A stretch of 56,343 nt of DNA. Origin: Nemertoderma westbladi (taxonomy: Eukaryota > Animalia > Xenacoelomorpha). Shown here in pieces: positions 1 through 12,649 of this stretch. The notes below the pieces were generated by a model. The model saw only the letters and a list, made by a program, of their open reading frames with translations. It ran no database searches and was not told the DNA's origin. Numbering within the stretch: position 1 is the stretch's first letter; each line of letters starts with the position of its first letter. The stretch spans positions 1 through 56,343 of the forward strand of contig JAUCBJ010002310.1 of NCBI GenBank assembly GCA_032718475.1, in the 5' to 3' direction. A program made the translations under genes and the position numbers.

Positions 1-1456
1 AAATCTACAAATTTTTACGAAAACATTTGATTAATTGTTTGTACGTAGGTATCAGTAGTCTGGATCCGACCGAAAAAAAAAAATTTCGTAAACACGTACG
101 GGGGTGGTTATATTGCAGCACCAATATTACATGTAGTGCATAATTTTCACAAAATTTGAAAGTTACATTTTTCGGCTAATTGTTTTTCAATACAGGTATT
201 CTGGGGCGCAAGATACATTGGACAATATTTAAAAATGATATGATTACTATAAGTGGCTGTATAGTCCTCTCTGCGTAAGAAAAAAATGAATAAAACAAGT
301 AACCAGCACTTTTCAGTTAGAACACAAAATTTTTAATTCACTTATACGATGCTATAAATGCACATTTTCAGGTTTTCTAGGAGGCTGATTCTAATGGAAT
401 ACATTTCTAATATGCCAGATCATTGCTACTTGTATTTTTCGGCGTAAATTGGCAAATTTTGGTGCTAGCACCAAATTTCGTACCCATCACCAAAAAGTAC
501 AATTTTGCGATGTCCAGTGCTGTTTTTCTTGATTCCATCGGATTCAGGACCCTCATAAACCCGTATAAAGCAAGAAACAAGGTGATACAATCTACTTATC
601 AATTTGCATATTTTCCAAAATTTGGTGCTGGCACAACAATTTTCACCCACCGGTGAAAAATACAAGTTTGAAAACTCTTATGGAATTTTTACTGATTCCA
701 TTGAATTCGTAACCCTCACAAACCCGCATAACGCAAGAAACAAGGTGACACAATCAATTGATATATTTGATGGTTTTCAAAATTTGGTGCTAGCACAACA
801 TTTTCACCTAATTCCGAAAAATACAAGTTTGATATGTCTAGTTCGATATTTATATATTCCATGGAATTCAGAACAGCCATAAACCTCTAAAACGCAAGAA
901 ATAATTTGTCACAAGCAATTTTATCTATTGAATGGATTTTCAAAATTTCGTGCTAGCACCAAAATTTGCACACAGCACCGAAAAATACAAGTTTGATACA
1001 CTTGGTGCAATTCGTATATATTACATCGAAACCAGAACCCCAAAAAACCCTAATTGCGTAAAAAACAAGTTTTTAACAATCAATTTACAAAATTGAAATG
1101 TTTCAAAATTTGGTGCTGGCACCAAAATTTGACACCCACTGAAAAATACAAGTTTGAAATTTCTAAATCAATTTATATGAATTCCATCCAATTGCTAACA
1201 CCAAAAAACCGGTGTAAATCAAAAATAGAGATGTTACAATTCATATTTAATGAAATGAAATTTTCAAAAAACGTCTCAAAAAAAGTGCCAAAAGTAGGGT
1301 TAAAAAATGGTGCTATAACTCGAAAACTACCCAATATTTTTGAAGATTTTAGGAAAAGTCATAAAATTTCAGATTCCCAACTGCGTTTGTTTCAGAATTA
1401 TAATAAAAAAACCACGGGGGGGGGGTCATATTGACCCCCCCCCGGGTTTAATAGGG
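1..1456. mobile_element. Right part of a non-autonomous DNA transposon (piggyBac-like GGG|TTAA end) with internal ~163-bp repeats
   Basis: Ends GGGGGGTCATATTGACCCCCCCCGGGTTTAATAGGG|TTAA (TTAA at 1457-1460). Bases 312-1456 recur at 34232-35359 with the same end. The left end is not visible. Confidence 0.7.
440..1250 (+). repeat. Diverged tandem repeat, about 5 units of 162-163 bp
   Basis: GTGCT(A/G)GCAC anchor at 461, 624, 786, 949 and 1112. Confidence 0.8.
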
Positions 1457-1811
1457 TTAAGATACTAAAGAACACTAAACAATTAAATCAAAACAATGAA
1501 CGCAAACATTGATTAATTAACGCGGTGCTAGGGAAAATTTACTTTCAGTCTGATGGAAAAAGTCTAAAAAACAATTAAAAATATTTATAAAAAATTATAT
1601 ATATTGCAGTCAACTGCATTTATTGCAACTGTAACTGTAACAGTGCAACTGTTATTATGAAAAATATTCAGATACTTATCTCTATATTCTATAGGCCTAG
1701 TCTAAAAATACCAATTAATACGAAATGAAAAATATAATATAAAATATTAAGTAACTAAACAGGACTAAGGATGATCCAACTCTATAGCAAATGGAGCGGA
1801 AAAAATGAATT

Positions 1812-1884
1812 AGCCACCTGCGGGGATCGAACCCACGTCTCCCGATAAACGTTCAGGTATGCTAACCACTACATGCCTCCGTGG
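1812..1884 (-). pseudogene. tRNA-derived sequence (SINE head or tRNA pseudogene)
   Basis: Minus strand has A-box-like TAGTGGTTAGC, B-box GGTTCGATCCC, stem CCTGA/TCGGG and T-stem GTGGG/CCCGC. Related copy at ~51369-51428. Confidence 0.65.
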
Positions 1885-3701
1885 TGTCATCCTTAGTCCT
1901 GTTTAATTACTTAATAATTTATACAATCTATGGATGTTAAACACATATACAATAATATAAAATATATTTAAATTTAAACTAATATGTAGGCCTATATATT
2001 ATTTAATTTATTTATAATAATAAATATATATATAATTTGTGACGGGATTCCCGAGTTGGAGAGGGAATCAATCCCGACCGGGTATTGTCTTGGATTAATA
2101 CGCATCGCCGCGTCCGCTTTCTGTGACGAATGACTGAAGGCCGGTTATAATAAAAGAGTTTGGTGTTAATGTTGTTAATCTCTGACAAGTTACTGCAATA
2201 CCGGTAGTATAGCACAATCAGTAATCACAATGCAGCAGACAACGATGACGGTTGAAAACCGCCCGACTTCTGCTCACCCAATATACCAACCAAAGCACAA
2301 TTGACTGAATAACGGTTATATACTACATGGGACACATTATCTACCTAGGTGTGGCCAACCAGTGGACGCGCTGTAATTGGACACATGCTGTCCCTTCATT
2401 GGTCGATATATCCCCTTGACCAAACCTACCTTCCCCTGGCTCTATGCTAGCTTCTACCCTGAGATGAGCTGAGCACTGGTATCTCTCCCTGTGGCTGGCA
2501 ATGTATATTGCCTTTGTTGGTTGTTAGGTGACATTATATTGGTAATGTCACCTAATCAACTATAATAATTGGTAAAAAGCCACTTTCCCCATATTCCGCT
2601 GGATAGTGCAGTGAATTGGATCCGCTCGCATAATTTTAATTGTATTTGAATTTTATAAGATAAAAATTAATTAATTCTTTATATGAAATTAAGTTTTCCC
2701 TAGCACAAAATTTAAACTATGCATGCAAGTTGATAAAATCAAATCAGGTGTAATAGAATCTCTCCACATACAATTCAATAAAGTCCAAATCCTTGATTAT
2801 CGAATATAGCTGAAGCAATACGTTCCGCAAAATCGCTAGTTTCACCCACCAAATAACGGTCGTTCCTTGCAGCACTGGAATTTAAATTATTCTGGCACAT
2901 GTATCTGCCATTAAACGTTGTTGCGGATCTTCGGTACAAAAAAACCTCAAAGCTCCCTTGAAGTTTGGGAACCTTGAACCACTTCCGAACTGTTGAATGT
3001 CTGGAAGAGAATCTTAGTGCACTCGTCACCATCCTTATCGCACATAATATATATCCCTTCCTTACTTGCTTTTTTTAGAGCCCGGTAAAACTTAAATGTG
3101 AGCTGCGTCTCGTTCTCTCTTTCACATACCTATAGATAAATTAATAATTATTATTAATAATTAATAAAACAAATAGATAAATTAAAATTAACTACAAATA
3201 AATAAGTATTAATAAATAAAAGAGCCGAGGTGTCACTTATGACACACTTTGGTCCTCTTTGCGACACTTGGACCTCACTGATGACCCATTGTGTGTCAGG
3301 GCGCTAATCAGTTTGATTAATTAGGATAATCAATTAAACCATAACTAGGAGTCATAAGACACCTATTAGCGTTTAATTGTACTAATTAATTGATGACACC
3401 CATCAATTGGGGTCTAATTAGCCTAATTGGAAGGTGTTACCCAGACAGTCTGGCGCCAATGACACCCTATGGGTGATAATTGGGTGTCATATGACACCCA
3501 ATGGGTGTCAGTCTACTATTATTATTCATATAAAAAATTATATGAAAAAATGTAAATCTGTGAGTGAGCCAAGCATTTTCACTTTATTTGTAGAAAACTC
3601 AATAGATTTATATTTATTTATGAACTCACCGTATATTTTACGTTAGTTCTATTTTACCGTGTATTTCACTTTATTAACACTAAATTACATATTTTTTCCA
3701 G

Positions 3702-4302
3702 ATACAAGGAAAGAAACTCCAGTGTATTTTCTCAAAGTGCACAAATGCGCGAGTGAAACAGTGAGCACTGTGTTAACTTGGCAGGGGATAACTCGCGGAT
3801 TGAATTTCGCACTTGCCTCTGTACCCCGTCAGTACCATCTGTGTTGGCCATACTCCTTTACGGAGAAATGCGTAGCTTCGAATAACATAGTTAAACCTCC
3901 TTTCGATATGATCTACCTTCACACTGTATACAATGAATACACCATTAATAAAGTTATGGTGCCCGGGTACAAAAAGGTAGCGATAATACGCGAACCAGTA
4001 AGGCAGTTTGAATCGTTCATGAATGCGTTTTGCGCCATAAATCCAGCACCAATAACTCCTTGTCAGCAGGTAAAACAAACCGGAGGCGATATGATATCTG
4101 AGTATCTCGAAAGACCAGATGCATTCCATTGGAACGAAAACAAAGAGTTTACTCTTCGCAATCCAATGCTGTTCGATTTTGGGATTCAACTGAAAATTCC
4201 AAATGACACTGCAGAAATTCAACGTGCAATTAACTATATTGACAGTCAGTTCGATTTGGTTATGATTCAAGAATATTTCGATGAGTCTATGCTTATTCTC
4301 CA
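3702..4302 (+). CDS. Galactose-3-O-sulfotransferase (GAL3ST family), internal coding exon
   Basis: PAPS-binding motif FLKVHKCASET, IIREP..FES, RNPMLFDFG, FDLVMIQEYFDESMLIL. Acceptor TTTTTTCCAG ends 3701; GT donor at 4303. Upstream exon(s) with the TM anchor not identified. Confidence 0.88.
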
Positions 4303-5393
4303 GTACGGTTAAACGCTGACACGGTTTTGTGAGGGGTTTTGCCCAGATGTTCTATAAGATAAGGTGCCCGTAAAGGTACATGATTATAAAGAAACACAAA
4401 TTATAACACATGCTCACGCGTTAGTAACACGTAAGCACGTATTATTAGCTAATACGTGGCACGTTTTATAAGCTATTTTTATTTGATATCATTTTCCTTT
4501 TAAGGTCTGAGATAACAAATATACATAGTAAGAAATTTTAATAGTAAATAAATATTATTAGTAAATAAAAAAAGTAAATTAAAATTAATCCATTAGATAA
4601 ATATTTTCTTTGTTCAAAAAGAAAGATTTGTAATATCCTTAATTAATAATAAATTGATGAGCTTTTAAATAGTTTAATATATTACCAAACCCTTTAATTA
4701 CGACATTAACACAATAATAGTACAAACACCAATACTATACCAACCAATACCTATCGAAGTTTTATATTTAATATATAAATTTATAATAAATAAACCTTAT
4801 CCATTTAAAGAACTATAAAGTTTTATTAATAGTGCCAAATTACAGAATATTAAATTAAAACGTTACACCGGTAATTACAAAAATATATTCAATTTTTGTA
4901 CATAATGTATGATAAAAGGCCTTGCATATATTATTATAATGTTTAAAATAATCTTAAAAATAATGTTAAAAAGCATTGGTAAATTATGGTAAATTATGGT
5001 AAATTATGGTGTGTGTACCTAAAATTTTGATTTGTATTTGGATAATTAATAATAATAATAATAATTAATTTGGTAATTTGGATAAATTGCTTCACAATAT
5101 CTGAAAGGGTGCTTTACTTTTTATCCAAAATGGCGATGATAATTTAATTTAATATAAATTACATTCAAATTGAATTAAAATTTAAAATTCAATTTATTTA
5201 AATTTAAAACTTAATTAATTATATTTACATTGTTAATTTTATGTTGTACAAGATTATCTCTGTTATGCTTGGATAGTTAATGAAATATTTTTTTGCATTT
5301 AAATTTGGTATCAACATTTTTTAAAATAATTTTTGCATGGCAAAAAATAGCTAAAATTACCTCGAAAACCGCAGCAGCAAATCGGTTGTCCAG

Positions 5394-5799
5394 GAATTTA
5401 TTGAGTTGGGATTTAGATGATGTAGTTTATATGGAGATAAACACAGCTCCAAAACCCGCCGCCAAGAGAAGGTTATCCCAGATGGAGCAGTTACAGCTTA
5501 AAGAACTCCATATGGGCGATTTTATGTTATACGACCATTTTAAAGCGAAATTCATTAACAAATTAGACGATTTTGGAGAACAGAGGTTAGAAAAAGAGTT
5601 AGAAAGGTTCGGAAAACTCCGGGAAGAGTTTACAAAATCGTGCAAAATCTATCGGTTCGAGGAATGGTTGACGAGAAATGAGATATGGGATCGATGTAAA
5701 ATATTACAGATATGGAATATTGCTTTGGAAACTCTGATTGCTTCGGACCACAGTGTAATACAATTAATACAATCTAACTTTCTATCTTCAATGAAGTAA
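5394..5799 (+). CDS. Galactose-3-O-sulfotransferase, probable last coding exon
   Basis: LLSWDLDDVVY...DFMLYDHF...L.KE...F match the GAL3ST C-terminal region. A phase-2 intron 4303-5393 joins CA|G in frame. Confidence 0.8.
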
Positions 5800-5979
5800 G
5801 CTATAAACTGTTGAAGGAGTCCGCCCCATTCTGTGGAATTATCTCACTTAGATAGCTATTTGAACATTACACTTCAACGATTTAGTTTAAAAACTGTATA
5901 TTTGCCATATCTAATATATTTTGACACTCTTACATCGAGTGGTCCAATAGCCCTGTACGTTAGTGCGTAGGTCGGAAGC

Positions 5980-6994
5980 AGGACAATTCGGTCCCGTTAA
6001 TTTTGTGTTTTGAGACCGAATTGTCCGGGACCCAATTGTCCGGATACTGACTAGGACAATTCGGTCCCAAAACATGCATATTAATGGGACCGAATTGTCC
6101 GGGACCGAATTGTCCGGGACCAAATTTAATTGGCACTATATACCCAATGGTGAATGTTCTAGAACCTTAATATATATTATTATATGGTAGTTTGTGTTTT
6201 TTTTACTAGCTAGTATTTTTTTGAAAATAAAGAATATTTTACTTTTTTTTGTTAACATTATTAGTTATGGTAGCTATGGTGTTTTTATGGAGCTTGTGAA
6301 TTATTTACTAGCTAGTAATAGTATGTATTTAAAATGTTTTAAACCTATTTTTTTTATATATTGCGTATGTTTACTGTATGTGTTGTTGGTTGGTTAACAA
6401 GCGTAAATTATTATCCTAGATAATAGCTGGATCTCATTCAGGGACTGTTATAATATCATCAATATTTTTGGTAATTAATATAATCAGCAACAGTTTAGGC
6501 CTAATTCTGAAATATCAATGTTTTCACAAGTGTTTTTATAATTTCAAGGAAATGCTAGCTAGTGAAAAAAAACACTAGCTACACCTTAATAAATAATATA
6601 TAACAAAGTTCTCGAACACTTACCAATAACAAAAATAAAAAAAATAGAGAATTTTTAAAATTTCCAAAAATTATAGCAAGTAAATAACACTAGCTAGCTT
6701 CCATAAAAAATATCTCTCTACTAATGTTCTAGAACATTCACCAATATCAAAAAAGCACTCAAAAGTTGCTATCAGGAAACGGACAATTCGGTCCCGGACA
6801 ATTCGGTCCCGGATAATTCGGTCCCGGACAATTCGGTCCCGGACAATTTGGTCCTATTTATTTAGTGTTTTGGTACCGAATTGTCTGGGACCGAATTGTC
6901 CGTGACCGAATTGTCCGTTTCCTGATAGCAAATTTTGAGTGCTTTTTTGATATTGGTGAATGTTCTAGAACATTAGTAGAGATATTTTTTATGG
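5980..6994. mobile_element. Foldback/MITE-like remnants built from 15-bp GGACAATTCGGTCCC units
   Basis: Units in both orientations at 5981-6122 and 6781-6918; 6701-6994 is a long inverted repeat. Confidence 0.7.
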
Positions 6995-7018
6995 TTATCA
7001 TTTACTTCCTTTGCTTAA

Positions 7019-7246
7019 GGCCATGATACACCACAGGAGCGGCGAGCGGCAGCGGCGGGCGGCCGCGGCGAGCGGCCGATGTGAGCGGTGACTTTTAGTA
7101 CGATACATTATAGGAGCCGCGAGCGGCAACAGCCATTTGTGGTGTATCATCACGCATAGAAAATAATGTGTTCTATTTTTAAAAAGTGGCCGCTTGCCGC
7201 GGCCGCTCGCTGCTGCCGCTCGCCGCTCCTGTGGTGTATCATGGCC
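7019..7246. mobile_element. MITE with ~60-bp GC-rich TIRs (Harbinger- or Kolobok-type)
   Basis: GGCCATGATACACCACAGGAGCGGCGAGCGGCAGC...GCTGCCGCTCGCCGCTCCTGTGGTGTATCATGGCC, flanked by TTAA on both sides. Confidence 0.88.
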
Positions 7247-9469
7247 TTAAGTTTAAATTTTGTTATTTGTAAAACATTATCTCACTTGTAATACTAATGA
7301 TAGTATTAATTTGTTTAAACTGTTTTGCTTACGATAAAAATATTTTGAAAACTCAAAATACGTAGCTTTTAGGGTATCTATCTTGAAGACAGCCGACATT
7401 AGAAGGAAGACTGCCTAAATCTTTAAGTGACATCAACGCAAGGGGGAGGAATGCCAGCAACGCATAAGGGAACCCGCACTATTCGCCAGCGCCCACTTAG
7501 ACCATGATTCGACAGCCTGAGACTGCCCATGCCAGAGGTAAGACTTTGTTCGACGCTTTTACCCGCCGTCAGACCGTAGATCAGGGTGGAGTGTGACGAA
7601 TAATTTAGTAGTAAAATATCTCGGATCCTGACAGAAACCCCACGGTTGGCCTGCATCGTTCACAGGTGGGACCTGGTGCTGTTTTCAAGTACGCGCAGGT
7701 ACATTAGGTGCAAATAGCACGCTCTATAATTTGGTGAATTTACCGTACTAGCGATTCAGTATCTGTTAGCACTGTAGGCCTTGCAGTTTGACTGATCTGT
7801 CGGAGTCCAACATATTTACTCAGGCAAGGGGGCAGCTTTCTGCTACCGGCACGCGTTTAGGCTAAAGGGCGGTTTACTAACGTTCTACTGCGCCCTTGCC
7901 ACGTACTGCTAGGTATTTGCTGCATACCACCATGGCAACAAAATTCTAGAATAAAATTACATACCAGATCAGCTAGCGGTAAGGTAGCAATTAACACCCT
8001 ATTCTCTATTTCACAATCAGAGTCTGGTATCAGTTGCCGATTATGGGCGTAGTTACTAACTTCGTACTTGCCCGATCGAGTTGTGAATATAGGAGGAGAG
8101 AACCCCTTTGACGTCAGTTTGTAAGTATTACGCCTACAGAGAGTGACTAGCTTATTTCAGTAGCTAGCGCCCGATATATTTTGTTAAAAGTCACCAAAAC
8201 CTAGTAGAAGTCACGTCAACAAACATTTTGCTTTACCGTAACATACACACACACACGCGTCTTAAGATTGTTGTTCTACTGATATCATACCCTTTTTGAC
8301 TGCTTTCTGGATCGGCAGTAATGTTTTACGCGAGTATTGTCAACCTACTGGCTCGTTATACCCATATAAATCACACTGCGGCAAGTCTACAGTAGTTTAG
8401 GTCCATTAGCGGTAGTTAGGATTCGCTATGCGGGGATTGTTTTCTCGCGAGTTTGGTCTGTTTCTGTAGACTGTATTTCTAGGTTAGGGACCGGTCACCC
8501 TAATTGTCGAGTTAGATTGATTAGATTGATAGATTGATTCGCCCAAGTTTAGTGGAAGACATCAGGCACTGATCTCGCCAGTAGTAGTTTGTGTACTTTT
8601 AGTATCTATTATTAGGCCCGATTGTTGGGATTTTATGGTAGATATTGTACAACAGTTACTGGATTTTACACATTCTGTGCAGCACAGCACAGTCACCTCA
8701 CCTGTGTAGCGGCAGACCGGTTCATAAACCCAAGTATAGATATAGCTTCCTATATACTTATTATAATAACCGATTCTGTATGTAGCATAACAAGTTCTAG
8801 GTCTCGCTCACTCCTATATGCTTTCCTACCCCAAGGATTTATCTTGCCAACAACAAGCTTCCAGTGCTTCGGTGGCCAGTGCAAGATCTAAACTGTTCTA
8901 GTCACCTTCGGAAGGTGGAGTTCAATGTGATGGAGCAATGAGATGAATTCCATTTCTACCAACTTCATTATTAATATATTTCAACATTTCAATACCATTT
9001 GTCATTGTGGCTGGTCATCATTGCTTTTCAAATCTTATGAAATATATCACAATTCAAATTTTAGAATTTTTTATTTGTATTGAATATTTTTAATTTAACA
9101 TACATTTTATAGGACAAACTGCAGCCCATATTTAATTATAGATTTCATTGTATTTCCTTTATTAAGAAATTTATTTCAATAGTTCTAATTTGTGATACCA
9201 ATACGGTTGGTGGTCGGTATTTCTGTACTTGAGGTTGTGAGGCTTCTCAACTTGCCGTTTGATAGTGGTTTTATGAAAAACGCTTAGGGTACACTTAGTG
9301 TACATCAGAGGTCCATTGTTGCTCTAGACAAAGTTATATGGTAATTACAGATAGATATTGTAATAAGATGTTCAGAAATGGAAAAAATGACAAAGCGCGT
9401 CACCCGGGGTTGAACCAGCGCTATATGTACGTTTCAGCCTATCCGGCCTAGCAATATTAAATAGCGAAA

Positions 9470-9552
9470 AATGTGTTCTATTTTTGAAAAGTGGCCGCTT
9501 GCTGCGGCTGCTCGCCGCTGCCGCTCGCCGCTCCTGTGGTGTATCATGGCCT
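9470..9552. mobile_element. Right-half fragment of the same MITE family as 7019-7246
   Basis: Near-identical to 7166-7247. Confidence 0.8.
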
Positions 9553-11075
9553 TTAGGTACCTATATTCCAAATTATAGCCAAAACCAAACAATTTTGACC
9601 CCCCCCCCTCCTTAAATACAGTCTTTCGGCAAAAGACAGTAGGCCTACCTCCAGCCCTTCCCATACCCGGTACGTAAGCAATATAAGGGTGCAACTTCAT
9701 ACAACTAATCAAAAATATTTAGTGAATATTATATAAAGATGACCATGACGAGCACATTGAAAGCAGTAATGATAGATGATCGAAACTAAAGAAGATGATA
9801 AAGAGGCAAATTATATTATTGTTATAATATAATGAACTTCATAGGATTATGTAACTTAATAGTTACCATATGAATTTAATCCATTTAATTTCGAAGGAAT
9901 CAGGATGCTTAGTTTAGGATATTAAATAAATCTAACCTCCACAATGTTCATAACGACATCAATGGAACGTATTGTAAGCAAGAAACTGTTCTGTAAACAA
10001 ATAACCTCAGAACTTAGTGAATTTATCACATTGTGGGGCGAGCGACAAAAGTAAGCGAGCTTAGCATGCGCGGGTACCACTAACTCAATCGATGTCTCTG
10101 TTCTGCTGCTCTGTTGATCTGTCGTTCTGTTGTGTCCAATTTTAAACGTTAATAACTCAGCCAAATCTCGATAAAATATATCCAAACTTGGTACATATGT
10201 AGTCTGGAAAAAGTTTAGAAATCTTCCAAGTTGAATTTGCGTGGGGTCTTCATGTAGCATCTGTGTAACTGTCTTGCAGTCATAATAAATTTATCTATCC
10301 AAAAATTATTAGGTTTGGCATCAGGTGGTTGCTAGGAGACTGCAGGACATATCAGGTGGGTTTGAAATTCAGCATAACCGGGACCATGCAGCAATAATGT
10401 GGCTTTGGGGAGTGTGGTAGGCCTATTTCACTTTCAGCCATTCCAGCATTTTCAGAATGCAGAGTTCACAGTACGACACTGGTACCATGAGATGCTTGTA
10501 CTCAGTACCAGTACTGCTCACTGCTGTTGCTGTATGTGGTGGTGTGCTGTCAGTGTGGTACTGCTACTGCATTATCTGAGTATTGGTACGTGCGGTAGGG
10601 TAGGGAGTCCTGCAATTGCCTGAGTGATGTCTAAATTGCGATATCGCGACTATTCAGCCATATAATGTACCGGTATGTTACCTTAATCTTATTAAACATA
10701 TGTTTTACAGTACGGTACCCGTACTGTTACAGTGTTACAGAGTTACCGGTACCGTCTTCAGGTCATTGGCGCCACCCACCAATCGGCTCGACAACTGCAA
10801 CCATGCCAACATGGAAGTTTTGAAATTATGCGGACTTAAGACAGACTGACAAATTGTTAGGTTGTACCAGCTGACCTTTATTCCATGTTCCGGTATCCAA
10901 TAATGCACTAGGTACCCCAACAGCCCAATACTGCAATACCCAGCAACGTTTTGGAATTGTACCGGTACGCAAACAACTCGGCCATCAAGGCCACCACCTC
11001 TGTCTGTCGCAGTGTCGTCAGCGACCTAGACTTTTGGTATCGCTACTGCGCTAGCACCAAGGACAAACTGGACTA

Positions 11076-11914
11076 CTTCTACTACTAGGATCGGCATGCT
11101 GCATTGCAGCTGCATTTTTAAGACTGCTGTGCCGGCTTGTCAACAAAATTGCACCGCCACAACTCCCCATCACCCATGACATTTGCTAGATCATCCGCAT
11201 CTGTAAGGCCAGTGTCCTTTAAGATGCCTCTCAAGAAAGTCATGGGCTGTCCACCATGCTTATTCACTCCATGAGGCTGCCAAAGTACAAGATTATGCAC
11301 TGGCTGGTCCTCGCGGCGAAAGCAATGTCCTGCAAAGCGGAGGCGATTTTGTTCTAGTGTCAAGCTTGGGGGAACCAATGAGACACCTCCAATGTTATAT
11401 AGTGTCTGGTTGGTGATGTGTGCATTGTACTTGACACAATGAACCCGGCGTAGCATTCTTGTGAATGTGCCATCCAGAGATTTGGTGTCCTCAGCAGTTA
11501 GAGCCCAGCATGGACTCCCGTAGAGGAGTACTGGAACTACTGCTGCTCTAAATAATCGGACCTTAAGTTTCCGATTAATTCTCGGTGACTTCCAAATCCT
11601 GGAAAGCCTATTCAAGGCTGCCCATGCCTTTTCCTTACGTATTCGAAGGTCCTCACCTGACTTCCGGATCCATGATCCCAGGTGACAGAAGTCGTCCACA
11701 TGCTCAAGCATACCATCCTTTGAGCTTATGCTCAGCTCATCCGATCAGAGACTTGCTGAGGACTTTCAAAGTTAACTGTCAGAATTTTGGTCTTTCTGGA
11801 GTTAATAAAAAGACCAACACTAGAAGCAGCATGTTCTAATGAGCTGAGGAGCCGTTGGGCTCCCTCTAATGATTCTGAGAGTACTCCTAAGTCATCAGCA
11901 AAGTCTAGATCAGT
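11076..11914 (-). mobile_element. 5'-truncated RTE-clade LINE copy, frameshifted
   Basis: Near-identical reverse complement of ~13662-14490; (CTA)n tail; TSD TGGACTA (11069-11075, 11915-11921); a 5-bp GCTCA duplication near 11730 breaks the frame. Confidence 0.93.
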
Positions 11915-12649
11915 TGGACTAACTGATAAGCGAGACACGAGGACTGAAGAATGCATTGAATTTTTTGAGTAGTTTGACTGTGGACTTCTGCCAATGTGTT
12001 CGCGCTTTCAGACCTTTAGCAGTTTAACCTGCCAATTTTAGGTGTCCTCTTGTTTATAAATCGACTTTAGCCTATAACAAGTATTTAGTGCACATAAAGT
12101 TACATTAGCATTACATTAGTTACATTCGGATGCTTTGAAATGATTGCGGTGCAGACCTACTGTATTACTCGATTGATCGTTACTATATAATCTCTGACAA
12201 TATTATTCACTTTCGGGGAAATATTAACAGTTCCTTTAGGACGTGGCGCTTTAAGTATATAAAACAGAGTTATGACTTATACTAAACACAACGAGATGGC
12301 CACTGAGTTTCGTAAATAGCGCATTCTTTAGGATATGCTTTATTATCTGTCACACTACTGCACACGACTTCACACTGCTGCACACTGATCTGCCGACCGT
12401 CACTGAATTTGATCATATATAAGGAGGATAGCAACTGACACATGTAGGGATTAAGAAATAGCATTTAATTCACACAAAAACCACTATAATGTAATTCGCA
12501 ATTGTTACAGGTAACCTGTCCCTCTTACCTTCAGTAATCAAGAAGATTGAGATTTTATGATTATTTATCGGTATTCTCCAAATATATCAACAATATATCC
12601 ATATAACAACAATTAATAACAGAAGTAAAATAATGCGGTGAAAGTCAGT

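Noticed and set aside
423-1434. Short ORFs here and at 34297-35125
   Set aside because: Translations of a non-coding AT-rich repeat; reading frames are not preserved between copies.
1812-1884. Functional tRNA gene
   Set aside because: Poor acceptor stem, no U33 in the anticodon loop, and a diverged partial copy elsewhere.
2038-2560. Possible solo LTR starting TGTGACGGG
   Set aside because: No matching end or TSD found.
2775-3032. 85-aa minus-strand ORF
   Set aside because: No recognisable motif or gene structure; cannot be supported.
9394-9440. Second tRNA/SINE-like B-box (GGTTCAACCC on minus strand)
   Set aside because: No convincing A-box or cloverleaf.
9922-10260. 112-aa ORF faintly like a LINE RT C-terminus
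   Set aside because: Similarity too weak to call by eye.
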